Assembly: GCA_051294375.1 (NCBI GenBank)
Contig: JBJCIZ010000239.1
Span: 6,681,545-6,745,544 of the forward strand
Length of the DNA stretch: 64,000 nucleotides
Reading direction: 5' to 3'
Source of the DNA: Paraspadella gotoi
Taxonomy: Eukaryota; Animalia; Chaetognatha
The notes under the pieces are model-generated. The model saw nothing but the letters and a program-made list of their open reading frames with translations, was not told where the DNA came from and did no database searches. Positions within the stretch are counted from its first letter, which is position 1. Each line of letters opens with the position of its first letter. Below are positions 13,308-24,909 of the stretch, one piece after another. The translations under genes and the position numbers were made by a program.

Positions 13308-16300
13308 TTAGTTCGTTCCTTCGTTCGTTCAATCGTTCATTCATTCGTTGTCTTATTAAAGAAAGAGAACTTAAAAGAGAGTTTTCATTGAAAGCACTTC
13401 GTACTTTTCTTTTTTTCCCTTTCATGCTTCTTTTTCCATTTTTTTTCCAATTCCCGCATTCTTTTTACTTTTTCTTCTGTCTTCTGATTCCCTTTCATAA
13501 TTATTATTATGGCATTATTGACTTTTTATGACTTTAAATGTATATTTATAATTAATATTTTAATTCCTTCTTCCATTTCGATCTCCAACTCAAAGGCACC
13601 CGCGGGTTTCAACCCAAGAACGCCGGGACCAACTGGGGCTGGCACAAGTTCCTGTCCCACGAGCTGGTCTACGACTCGGTCAAGGGCTACCTGCCGGGAG
13701 ACAAGCTCATCCTCAAGAGCGACGTCTCGATGGTCGCGTCCGTCACGGCGACGGCGGGCGTCCTTCCCTCGCCGCCGTCCACTCTCGCCTACGATCTCTC
13801 GCAGATACTCAACGGTTCGGGCTTTCGGAATGGGGNNNNNNNNNNNNNNNNNNNNNNNNNCGCCTACGATCTCTCGCAGATACTCAACGGTTCGGGCTTT
13901 CGGAGATGGGGGGGGGGGGTTAAGGAGAGAGTAAGGAAGAGGACGGAAGGAGGGATAACTCGCTTCACATCGGTTGTTGCTGGTTATTAAGCATTAGTTT
14001 TAAGGACATAAAAAATTATATTAAATTAAACAGTGGTTGTCTTAATTTTCGTTTCGTTTTGTTTACGATTTTTTTTATAACTTTTGATTGACAACAGACA
14101 TGAAGTTTAGCGACGTGACCCTTAAGGCTCAAGGTCGAGTGTTCAAGGGGCATCGGGTCATTCTGGCCGCGAGATCGCCGGTGTTCGGGTAACCAGTTCG
14201 ATGATGCAGGGCTTATTTTTTGAAAATTTGGTTTTTGCTAAATATAAATATATTAATATTGCCTGAAAGATCGAGATATTTGTTAAATACATAACTTATA
14301 AAATTTCAGATCCATATTCTATTGAATATCATTTCGAATCATTGATACTTACAGTATTATAAACTTGTTTTTTTTAAAGCGCCATGTTTTCTCATAACAT
14401 GCAAGAATCGAAGAATAGCGAGGTCATAATTCAGGTCGGTAAAGGCTGATACAGTGATTGGTTAATGTAGTGCAATGGGGGGGTTAAGGAGAGAGTAAGG
14501 AAGAGGACGGAAGGAGGGATAACTCGCTTCACATCGGTTGTTGCTGGTTATTAAGCATTAGTTTTAAGGACATAAAAATTATATTAAATTAAACAGTGGT
14601 TGTCTTAATTTTCGTTTCGTTTTGTTTACGATTTTTTTTATAACTTTTGATTGACAACAGACATGAAGTTTAGCGACGTGACCCTTAAGGCTCAAGGTCG
14701 AGTGTTCAAGGGGCATCGGGTCATTCTGGCCGCGAGATCGCCGGTGTTCGGGTAACCAGTTCGATGATGCAGGGCTTATTTTTTGAAAATTTGGTTTTTG
14801 CTAAATATAAATATATTAATATTGCCTGAAAGATCGAGATATTTGTTAAATACATAACTTATAAATTTCAGATCCATATTCTATTGAATATCATTTCGAA
14901 TCATTGATACTTACAGTATTATAAACTTGTTTTTTTTAAAGCGCCATGTTTTCTCATAACATGCAAGAATCGAAGAATAGCGAGGTCATAATTCAGGTCG
15001 GTAAAGGCTGATACAGTGATTGGTTAATGTAGTGACAATTTTTTAAGATACTTTTACCAAAGTAGATGAGCAAACAATACCATGATTTAAAGAAAGTAAG
15101 ACGTCTTTACTTTGAAATAACATTTAAAATTTAAGTTCAATGTTAGGTTAAAAAATATATAACATTATGTAACATAAGGAACAATTGTTTTAAATAGTAT
15201 TATATTCTATATGTATATAAACATATATATAATTATATATACATAGTAAGTTGGGTGTCTTTTTTTTTATTTATTTTTTTATACAGTAATTAAAGTTTTT
15301 TTGTCAGGACATCGACTCGGAAGTCGTAGAAGAACTTTTGAGGTTCATTTACACTAACAAAGTCAATGGACTGAACAAGTTTGCAAAGGTCCTCGTTTGA
15401 TATTCATTTTTAATTTAAATGAAAAAAAAATATAATATAATGTTATATTTGATTTTGATTTCGACAGCGTTTACTTGCTGCCGCCGACAAGTACGCATTG
15501 GAGAGTCTAAAAACAGTGTGCGAGTCGGCGCTAATTTGCCAACTCACTGTGGAAAACGTTTCTGAGTTTTTGATTCTGGCCGATTTGCACAGGCGAGGAA
15601 GGGGGGGTATTTACTGTTTATTTATCAGCGTTTTTCTTTGACCGTACCGTACATATGGATTACATTGAGGTCGAGCTACTTCGACTCTCTCTCTTTTCCC
15701 TCAACGGCCACATGACCTCAGACCTCAGGTCATTGGTCTCGTCGTCCCGGGCTTCAACGGGTTTCTTCGATCGTGACCGAAGCCTCGAGAGACACAACCA
15801 ATTCAACCTTTCATCCCATAACATCGTTTTGTCTCTCTGAAACCTTTATTTATTCGCCTTTTTGTATCATTGTATTGCCTCGCAATAAAGTTTATAAACG
15901 GTTTACACCCTATGTCGTGCTATTTATTTTGGTTTTACTTACATTTCTTTTTTATTTTACATAATACATTTTACAAAGAAAATGACTGTTCCGAAATCAG
16001 ACAATTAATAGTTTGATTGATTTTTTTTTTTTTTTTTGGTTTCTAGATGCAAGCACTTGAAAGACGCCGCTTTGTCAACTGTCAGACGAATGCCCGATAA
16101 GATCGTCAAGACTTCCGGCTGGACGGAATTGGTAATGAAAAAGAAATTTAAAAATATTAATAATTAATAATATTTATAATATTATGAAACGAAACAAAAC
16201 GAACCTTAAGGTGGAGAGTTATCCCGCGCTAGTCTCCGAGATCATCACCTCTCAGCACAACGTCATGAATTGTCCGTTGGAAATCGCGGCCGGCGACGCC

Positions 16301-16357
16301 GCTACTTACGGCGGCGCCGGACTTCACGAAGTTTCCAATTTAACGCAACCAATTTAA
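3941..16357 (+). CDS. SPOP-like MATH-BTB (Cullin-3 adaptor) protein, multi-exon
   Basis: Exons ~3941-4025, 4588-4690 ([22 protein letters not shown]), 9765-9859 ([25 protein letters not shown]), 10097-10165 ([11 protein letters not shown]), ~10289-10360, 13596-13814 ([32 protein letters not shown]), 14098-14188 ([27 protein letters not shown]), 14379-14433, 15309-15388, 15468-15591 ([21 protein letters not shown]), 16047-16111 and 16211-16357. Collinear with the SPOP MATH, BTB and BACK-like regions. The start codon is uncertain and several exons are duplicated in the assembly. Confidence 0.85.
4921..5226 (+). repeat. Structured element A (solo-LTR-like or ncRNA-like), related to element B at 41910
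   Basis: Starts TGTGGCG at 4923, has many hairpins, TATAA at ~5152, AATAAA at ~5193, and could end at ...AATACA (5226). Shares ordered motifs with 41910-42180. Confidence 0.45.
5237..6199 (-). CDS. Intronless EamA/DMT-superfamily (SLC35G-like) membrane transporter, 320 aa
   Basis: Many hydrophobic segments arranged as two halves, each with an EamA-like end ([30 protein letters not shown]; [29 protein letters not shown]). Nested antisense in SPOP-like intron 4691-9764. Confidence 0.8.
   Translation of the reverse strand: MPVGSVSALAFGSFFNACYVFLTSLCSSNFRASAALPMSAAIVSLFAGEALATTPIIPVAIKNWTVRSRRRLALFLLFGVLLNVNFIVWRGAALFDIMPLGVLASIGGSGFLFAPAVTLLFHRRRVGAIEIVGVVAAVVGLLLITHPRIVFGETDDVPVAGYVLAGVDNVLTLVYPFFFAATADAHWSNFLAVRLACSAVFAAVCCCIGGGPAAVAAVWATAPTETTAMLVTGVASTVARLSQQIGCNELEEFGTGVAGILGNLIIAGVIPTTTLLGLVFFQETITTLEAMGIVVVFGAIVVVTVVKGCEKNTENSEDKD
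7346..9546 (+). mobile_element. Non-autonomous Helentron/Helitron2-type (HINE/DINE-1-like) element, ~2.2 kb
   Basis: Absent from the paralogous copy, whose empty site is AATTGTTTTTCTCC at 12411-12424. Inserted in a T run. Has asymmetric inverted repeats ATCGAGCCT (7346) / AGGCTCGAT (9521), a 5' hairpin TGACCGGC-GAA-GCCGGTCA (7355-7373), (GTC)n at 7411-7444, and a small 3' stem CTTA..TAAG. Confidence 0.75.
9302..9512. repeat. ~21-22 bp tandem minisatellite inside the Helentron-like element
   Basis: About 9-10 degenerate copies of AATGAATGATTATCATCGCATC with no unique spacers. Confidence 0.85.
10867..11275 (-). pseudogene. Truncated, frameshifted copy of the EamA-like transporter 5' half (may be artefactual)
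   Basis: Same sequence as 5790-6199 with a 1-nt deletion near 11166 and truncation at 10867. Confidence 0.55.
10867..13785. repeat. Second copy of 5790-10865 without the 2.2-kb insertion; probable alternate haplotype or assembly duplication
   Basis: Near-identical sequence. The junction at 10866 joins a MATH exon to the middle of the transporter. Copy 2 has homopolymer-type indels (ATGGTAAGG vs ATGGGTAAGG; TTTTCCGTC vs TTTCCGTC) and ends just before the N gap. Confidence 0.85.
13836..13860. other. Assembly gap (25 N) with duplicated flanks
   Basis: N run; 13786-13835 is repeated at 13861-13911. Confidence 0.97.
13906..15038. repeat. Near-perfect ~565 bp tandem duplication containing two BTB exons (likely assembly artefact)
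   Basis: 13906-14476 and 14477-15038 differ only by homopolymer or 1-nt indels and lie next to the gap. Confidence 0.85.
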
Positions 16358-17122
16358 TTGCAAGGATGCGTTTCAAAGTCTCATCTTGCCAATCTTTTTT
16401 GAGGGAAGGGGGTTAAGACTGGTAGTTTAGGAGAATATGAAATCAAGTTTTTAACGCGTGAAATGATCTTTTGTTTGGAAAATAAGTATTCTAAATACAA
16501 GTGCTTGAAAGAATCCCCTTTGATCCTTTTTTTAAAAATAAAAATGTACCCAGTTTTCGGTGATACGTAAAGTAAACATTAAACAATATACTTTAATTTA
16601 TTTCCTTTGATTTTGTTTGGCCTTTAAGTAAAGCAAGGAAAGGTAAGTTACGACGGTCTTTCTTCTAAAAAAATATCAGATGTCTCGCTGTTTTTCGAGA
16701 TCGCGAGAGGAAGACAAAAAATGCAACAGTAAAATATATACATGATTGATATTTGATCATTTCATTAGTTAGAAAATTCCCCTACGTTGATGTTCCTATA
16801 TAACAAATTGAGAATACTTTACATCATAACAACTGGTGCGCCTGCTTTTAAGCAGCATTTTTTTGGATTTTGTAGATTTTGTTATTTCGGTGAAAATCTG
16901 TGTCTGCCTTCTATTTGAAGACTATCATCAGTTTATATTTTATTGCTTGAAGGGAATAATTATTATAAAAATAAAAATATTTACAAAAGTAGGGAAACCT
17001 TGATCGAATCGAGCTTGGATTTATTTTCCAACTTCGTAGGGCGCCTATCACATGATATATATAAGTAGAGAAAAAGCTAAAACAAAATTAAAGAAAATTT
17101 ATTGAGCCTCAGTAAATGTATT

Positions 17123-17536
17123 ATTTATGATAAAATGCAATTGGGCTGTCAATAAAAATCATTTTCTCTGTACTCTACTCTAATTTTTATATTGGTTGTA
17201 CCAATTTCATAATACTGTTAAATTCATCATTACACGAACACTTCATGCTTTTTAAGTATTAAGTTCGGCCATCTTTATAAATTAATTTTAACCTAGAATA
17301 ATTTTTAGATTGCCACCTAAGCTTAGTGTTAGTTGGAGATACTATAGAGACTAACACTAACACTAAGCTTAGGTGGCAATCTAAAAATTATTCTAGGTTA
17401 AAATTAATTTATAAAGACAGCCGAACTTAATACTTAAAAAGCATGAGTGTTCGTGTAATGATGAATTTAACAGTATTATAGTAGAGTACAGAGAAAATGA
17501 TTTTTATTGACAGCCCAATTGCATTTTATCATAAAT
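17123..17536. mobile_element. ~415 bp near-perfect palindrome (foldback/MITE-like)
   Basis: Left arm ATTTATGATAAAATGCAATTGGGCTGTC...GCTTAGTGTTAGT is the reverse complement of the right arm ACTAACACTAAGC...GACAGCCCAATTGCATTTTATCATAAAT. Loop ~17334-17350. The left arm has a ~30-bp insert. No clear TSD. Confidence 0.85.
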
Positions 17537-18836
17537 GGTATCATTATTATTAACTTTAATGATAATTCAATGTCAAAATCCAATGACAGATCTTTTGTTC
17601 GTCCTCCCGTCCACCCTGCCCTCTAAAGTCAGAGCCTTGAATCTCAATCTCCAATTGGCGGCTCTTGTCTTGGCGGCAGCGACAATGCCTCCTCCGTGTC
17701 ATATGGCAATATAACCCTCACCTTTCCCGCGCCTATCCAAATTATTATTAAATTAATTTTAACAATTTAACGCAGACTTTCGTTAAACGTGCCGCACGCG
17801 GTTTCTTCCCCCGGTTTTTGCAATCATTTTGCGAGAGCGAGCAAATTTAATTGTCAATTTTACGTTGCCGCCAAATTCTGGTTGAGTCAACGGCTTCCAG
17901 GCTTTTGTGATCTTTGTTGATCGTTCTTCGCTCGTTGCCTCAGCCTCTTCTATCTCGCTGTTAAAGTTGGTTGCATTTAGTTATATTTTTGTTATGAAAT
18001 TACGTAATAACTCTAGATACTGATAACCTCCAAACTTGTTTTGATCTGTTGATTGGTATCTCCTAGAAAAATGACCCTAGAAAACAGACGTGTGCCGATT
18101 TGGCGTATGGCTTCACCGTCCTCGCCGTCGGCCATCGTACGGCCTTGGGGCGTACACGACCGCCTTCCGAGAAGGCGCCGTAATCACGAGGCGGGAATAC
18201 TGGCTGCACCGAAGGTGAGTTCCTCACTCGTTTAATTGTAAAAAGAGTGAGAACCCGGGTACCGCAAGGCTTTCTGCTACTAAGTACTATTTTCTTTAAT
18301 AAACTGGTCTTTGACTTTTGCCTTTTCAGACGTCTCTTGGACGGGGAATCGTCATCTCTTTTCCGAGTGATACCTTTTAGGGGCGATCAATACGAACCTC
18401 ATTGTTTGCAACAGAATCGATGAAACGCCCGTCACCGTCGTCAAGAAGTCCTTCAAGAGGGCATGCTTGAAGGGCTGACTTATGAGCTGCTCTATATTCT
18501 GTTCTTCATTCTCTAGAGTGTGCTCTTCAGGCTGTTTTATGCATTGCTACGCTTTTTTGATTCCTACTCGTAAGTCGTGGGCCCTCACAATATACTTATT
18601 ATGTATTACACAGATAAAACAGAAAAAGGCAAGCCGTTTTAAATAGTAAATTGGTACAAATTTGGCTTTTATAATTAGTAATTTAAAAGTGTATAATTTT
18701 AAAAAACGGTATAATTGAAACGATATAAATTCGCTATTAGGTTAAGAAATGATTCACGAGAAAATGTTGCGGTAATACAAAAATTGAGTATAATGTATAA
18801 TGATATATGTTGTGGATATATGTTCGTTAAACCGGT

Positions 18837-20943
18837 TCAATCCTTTCTTCGACACTCGGGCACGTTTTCTCGTAAGTCGCAAGTCGTAAGTCGAGGATTG
18901 AAGGCCAGCGCCTCCGGGCAGCGAAACCTCAGCCTCTTCTCGTAAACGCTGCCCACGTGGACGCATTGCATGTAGGCATTGCAGTCGCCGGGGTCCGCCA
19001 TGTAGGCGCCGTTGATCTCGCACTTTCCGCCGGCTGCGTCTTCGTCTCCTTTGACCAATCTAGTGACACGGGCCGCGGGTTCGTCCGTCACCCGCGCCCA
19101 GCTGCGCCGAACCGGGGCCGGCGTTGAATTCTCCTCCTCTTCGGTCCAAGAAGGCGTCGCTTTGGCCGGCTCCTCCCCCCAAGGAGAAGGCGTCCACGGA
19201 ACCCAAACCGTCGACCCTCCCTCGATTGGCCTCCACGGCGCCTCAGTCGTCGCCGCTCCCCACAGCGGCCTTTCGGCGACACCCGGCGCCGCCCACTCGG
19301 CTTTCAAGGGAGGCTCCGGCGCCCAAACGGGCGTGGACGGTAGCGCCCCATTGAGACGATTCTTTACGAGAGTGACGAGGGGATATGCGCCCTGACCGCA
19401 ATGCTCGCCGGTGAAGTCGTCCAAATCCATGGACCAGATGAAGCCGCCACCCAATCCGCGCGCGTTGATGAAGTCCAGTTTGATGGCGAGCGAGTTGATG
19501 TCGTCGTAGCCGACCCACTGGTCGCCGCCGAAAGCGTACATGGCGCCCTCTTCCGTAGAAAACCGGCTCTGCCACCTGTGATTCTAGAAATGGAAAAAGA
19601 AAAATTTATTTACTCGTTCTCTTTCTGAATAGACTTATTCAAGTATACTATGTAGTAAAAAGTACATACTCTTTTTCAGTTTTTCTCTTTCCTTTCACCT
19701 TTAAATTGTCGCAGATTTCGTAGTACGACAAGAGGCCCGCCGATTTGGTAAGGCGGCCGGCCTTTCCGGCGCCGCTCGACGGGCTGCGGATGTTGTTAAC
19801 TGTGGGGTTGACGAGCGTGAAGCTCCGTCCGTAGGTGGCCATCCCGAGCACGATCTTCTCCGGGGGCATGCCGCCTCGAATCCAGTTCTCCGTCGACCAT
19901 TGTGCCGTGAGGCGACCTGAGGGACCTGTTATTCGGACATTTTGATTGTTGCCGTTTTGACTCAAACGGAATTTCTCTCTTGGTTCATCGTTGTGAAAAA
20001 GATGAAAAGGGAAACATTGAAACCCGAATCAGCCCTTTACCTTGAATTGGGTAATGTTCGGCCACTCACCCGCAGCGTTGAATGGAACGTGAATCCCCGT
20101 CTCGCGCTCCCATCCGCCGTGAAATTCGTAGGCCATCAAGTTGATCCAGTCGAGACTGGCGGCGATGGCGGGGATCTCGTAGGCCTGCGCCACGAATGCC
20201 CAGCCGGCCGCCACGGCGGCGATGACGAGCAGACGCTCGTTATCCGTGGCGCGGGACTCTCGCTCGAACGCCGAACGGAACTCGTGGCAGAGAAGGGAAA
20301 AGCGGTGGCGGTCGGCCGGCGGGGATCCGCGAGAGGCCGGGTATTCCCAGTCCAGGTCGATCCCGTCGAAGTCGTATCTGGGTCGAGGTTTTGTCGATGG
20401 GAAGTGGGTGATTTGGGACATACTTAATAACGTTCAAAGATCTTTTAAAACAAGTTTCTAACGTTACTGTTACGATCTTTTTTTTCCTTACTTTCGCAAA
20501 AATTTTATGGTGGAGTCGATATATTGAGCTCTAGATTTCTCGGTGGCCACCATCTTCTGGAAAGGACCGGACCCCATAGCCCATCCGCCGACGGCCACCA
20601 TAGTTTTCAGCGCGGGATTCCGTCGCTTGATCGAGTTTAGGCGCCGGTAGAGGCTCGCCATATGGGCGTCCGGTTCCGGAAACGGTGAGATAATTTTCGG
20701 ATCAGGAAAGGCGAAGATGACGTGGGTACACAGGAAAGGATCCACCGCATCTGGCGACAACTTGGCCCCGCCGGAGCGGTACTCGGCTACGAACATGTAG
20801 TAGCAAACTATTTTCTTTCGGTCGACCGTCCCAGCCACCCCGCGCCCATTTTCGGTTGTGGCGAGGGCGAGCAGGAGCGTTGTCAAGGCAGCGCCGAAAA
20901 TGGACGGGCGGCGGAAGAGACGTTGCGGTTTGAGGAAATTCAT
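18837..20943 (-). CDS. Secreted GH18 chitinase with P/T/W-rich linker and C-terminal CBM14 chitin-binding domain
   Basis: Exons 20943-20492 (signal-like segment, [21 protein letters not shown]), 20377-20070 ([11 protein letters not shown], catalytic DxDxE intact), ~19925-19699 ([20 protein letters not shown]) and 19583-18837 ([17 protein letters not shown], six-Cys CBM14). Confidence 0.93.
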
Positions 20944-22328
20944 CGTGGGGGAAAATGAAAAAAACTGTTTCTTTCGATTTTTGATGATCCGAGCTCGTTG
21001 CCAATTAAAGATGAAAGAAAAACTAGTTCTTAATATTTATATTAATATAAACGTTGAAATTTGATGTTCAAATCTTAATTATTTTCTAGGCTTATTGAGT
21101 GTTTTCTAATTTTTTGTTTGTTTTAATAACAACAAAAAAATACAAAAGGCCAAATCCTCGGATTTTTTTTTGTGATCCCGTTAAAATATTTAAAAAAAGT
21201 TTTTTTACCGAATTAACCTAAAATTTTTTAAAAATTGTATAAAGATTATTAAAATAAAAACTAAACCCAAATAAAATATAGATTAAGCGAATTTTGTTTA
21301 TTATATGTTAGCCTAAAAAACGAGTTTTTTTAAATTTGCTTCTCTACTTTTTCGACCGAGATCTCTGCCGTTTTTTCATCCTGGACGAGGAGGAACCCGC
21401 CGGTGATTTTTTTTCGCGACAGGTCCCAAGGTCGCAACGCTAAAAAGTTAAGGAAAAAGGAAGCAGCAATGAAAACCGCATCTTTAGACGCCCTTCTCTC
21501 TTTAAGAAAAAACCCCTTAATCGAGGTCCGCTTTTCGAAAAAAAAGGGGGGGAGGCAAATATCGACTCCTTTTTCCTTTTCCCCTTTTTCTCTCTAATCC
21601 TGGAATTTTCTTATCTTAAAATGTTTCCACCCTTGGTAAAAAAAAAATAGGTTTCGCCACCTAAAGTGTAGATATTTTTGTAAAATCCCCAAGGAATTTA
21701 CCCAACGGCGACTGAATTTGGAAAAAAAAAAGAAAGCGAAGGATCACCCTCTCCCCCCCCCCCGCCAAGTTTAAATTTCAACCCTCGCAACCTTTGTCTT
21801 TGTGGACTCAATTTCCATTTGGTTACAAATATGATTTGGAGAAGAAAAAAAAATTGGGCTCTTGGATGTACGTAGTTCAGTCAAACTTTTTTTCTTTGGG
21901 TGGATGTAGCTCCAAAGTGTTGCGTGATTCTTCTGCCAGGTTTTTTTTAATCCCAAAACTCAAGACAGTTGCCAAGAAAAAAAAGAAATTAGGACAGAAA
22001 ATGTAAGAAGAATCGAGTAAGGGAAGGCCGGAGAAGGAGAGGGGGTTCCTCTATTTAGTTATGATATCAACATTAATTTCATTATTTGCATTGTTGAGGG
22101 TTGACCTGTTTCCATTTACTGATGGAACATTATATTTTTTGCAATGAAAAAATTGTTTTCTTTTAACAAAAAATAAATGGAATTATTATAAATATAATAT
22201 AAAATAATATAATAAGTTTATTGCTCCTTTTATTATCGATTGTTGAAACGTTTCTTTAGGACTTCTCGACATTTGTTTCCAATGGCAAGTGCTACCACGT
22301 CGCTAAGCCTCTTTGAAGTACAAGTCAT

Positions 22329-24471
22329 ATGAACCTGAAAATGGCCGCCGCAGCCGCAGCCGACGCGACGCCAATAATACAAAGTCCGCCGCCGCACCCA
22401 AAGCGACGCCGCAGAAAATCAAGTCGAACCCTAAGGAGCCGGGTTCGGGTTGTTCGAACTTATTGTGAAAGTTATTGAAAAGTTAAAGGATGGAGGAAAA
22501 GTGAAAATGTCGGGGTATCTATATTTTCAGGGTTTTTTTTAACGAAAATTATTATATTTATTATATGTAAAACAGTATATCTTGTGAAAAAACTTTTTTC
22601 TAAAATTTGTTTCTTGGACTATTATTTTTTTTTCCTTTTTCACACAACAGCACATTCTTACCGATCAATTTTTCACTATGTCAACGACGTGTGACTTCTG
22701 TGGGTTGAGTCTCGATGAGACGGACGTCTCTCGCTTCGGACCCATCCAGAATATTGTTTCTCCAACCGGCTCCATTTCGGCCCATAGCCGCTGTCTCAAG
22801 TACTCAGCCAATCTCTTCCAGTTGACCGACGAAGGTTGGGACCCTAAGCTGGTGGCCAAGGAGCTCAAGCGCATCAAGAAGCTCAGCTGCAACGGGTGCA
22901 CCCGCAGCCGCCGTTACCACCGCCGGCCCATCTGCCCCCTGCCGACGGGATGCGGTTGTGGCTGCGCCAATCGTAAGTGCCGTCGCAATTTTCATTTTCC
23001 CTGCGCCCCCATCACCTCCAAAGCCGTCAACGAAGTCGAGGAGATTCTCTACCTCGCCTTTTGTTCGCGCAAGTGCGAGAAAGTCTACGCCGCCGGAAGT
23101 CCCGGCGTCAAACCCATTCCCGGCCGCCGCCACGTCAATGAACATGTGGAGACCTTTGATAAGAAGAAGAACGACTGCTTGGACCTCTCGAGTAGAGAGG
23201 AAGAAGAAATTGAAAAAGAAGACGAAGATGACGACGGCGAAGACGAAGTTAAAAGAAAAAAAGGGAAGCAGTTGGCGAAGGGAACCTTGAAGGGAAGGGG
23301 TTCCGAGGGTTCTCCATGTCCTCCTCGGAAGAGGTCGAGCGTGATTGAGGAAAACCCGAATGACAAACGAGTTCGTCGTTCTTGCTCTTCCATCGATTCG
23401 TATTTTTCCGCCAACGAAGCGGAATCCTCACTGGAGAAGGGGAGAGGAGGCTTCGACGACGTGGCCACTACGGGTAATGATGGAATCGCGGCCACCGTGA
23501 GTGGGAATGCGGCCACAGTGAGTGGAATCGCGGCTTCCGACGAACCACTCGGTGGTCCGTCCGGCGTGGCGTTGAATGACTCACGCGGTCCCATCATCGC
23601 TCGTCGCTCGAAGTCTCAACTGCTGATCGTTCCCCCGAAGAATAGTAATCTGTTGGATATCGCTGACTCTACCTCTCCGCATTCTACGGACTCCTCGTCC
23701 AGTCTTTCTCCCGTCATACCCCGACTTCCTTCGCTGACCCCCGTGTCCTCCACTTCTGGGCGCCGTTATATGATCTCCAGTCTCGTTGTGCGCGGGGAGA
23801 CGGTGAAGAAGCAGCACCGCGTTGGGCTCATCCATTCGCTGCGGGCGACCGATTCTCCGCGCTTAGTCCATTTTATCCCGCCGACCGTTGAATGTCGCTT
23901 CCTCTCCGATCTTCTTCAAGACCTTCTTCCCGGTGCGATCCGCTTGAAGGAGTTTTTCCGTCCAACCGACGGAGCACCTCCAGGCAACGCCGCCTTAGAA
24001 TCCTTCGTCGAATCCTTGCGGCGCTGGGTGATGGCGCCGAACGGCAGCGCCGCTGCCCAGCCCATTTTTGTCGTGCATCCCATCAAGGATGCAGAGTTTT
24101 TCCGTCATTATTTGTCGGTGATGTTTCCCAAGCTTTGCTCTTATCTTCGCCGTTCCTTCGACGGCGATCTTTACGCGGATTCCGCCCACGAAGGGGATCC
24201 CATGTGGGACTTCGGCGGTGAGGGTCCGGCGGTCGGGGTCGACAAGGCCGTCGTCGTTCTTCCCCTTTACGGATTTGGAAATTTTCTAGAGCAGCCGCTC
24301 TACAACAGGGTCTTCGTTCCGGCGCTGTGCTTCAACGACCTGGACCTGCAGGTCTTCACCGGCGTGCCGGACGATGAGAGCAACAACGATGATCCTTTAT
24401 GGGAGAGAGATTTGCTCGTGGAGAGACCCTCCATGGCTCTCTTGCATTTGACCTCTGTCGAACGTGCCTAA
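22329..24471 (+). CDS. Extended PHD (zf-HC5HC2H; PHF6/PHF7/PHF11/G2E3-type) finger protein with an unassigned C-terminal region
   Basis: 597-aa ORF 22678-24471 with CDFC...HSRC...CNGC...CANRKC..HFPC...FCSRKC. A probable upstream in-frame exon 22329/22341-22442 (MAAAAAADATP...PKRRRRKS, NLS-like) splices to 22651. Confidence 0.75.
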
Positions 24472-24813
24472 TTTTAATTTAGCTTTTTACGATAGTACTG
24501 TCTTTTTTGTTTTAGTCAATTTGTTAGAAGTAGTATTTTACTCAATTTATCATTGGTATATGAAATAGGGAACGGAATATTACTCTTAATATTAGTAGTA
24601 CTTTTAGAAATTCTCGAGGTTGTCTTAGATACAATGTACGATTGTACAGGTATTTAATTTTGTGCTAAATCTTATTTGTTTATTTTTTCTCGATGTCGAT
24701 TTTTCTTTTAATCAATTTTTTTTGACAGGAGTCTGCGATACTGATATCTATTAATTAATGCGTTAAGCACCGTCGACTGATGGAAGTTAAATACCGCGGC
24801 GCCCTTCATTTTA

Positions 24814-24822
24814 GGCGCGAAA
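24814..24822. promoter_or_regulatory. E2F-type site upstream of GTF2E1
   Basis: GGCGCGAAA (TTTCGCGCC on the - strand) ~90 bp before the ATG. Confidence 0.4.
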
Positions 24823-24909
24823 TACTGAGGGTCCCGGCGACCACGCCGCCTCCATTAGACTCTTGCTAATTTTTTCCGAGAGTCGGGTTTTAACTCTTTC
24901 GTCGCCGAC

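Noticed and set aside
18837-20943. Horizontally acquired chitinase
   Set aside because: It has spliceosomal introns and the typical animal GH18-linker-CBM14 layout.
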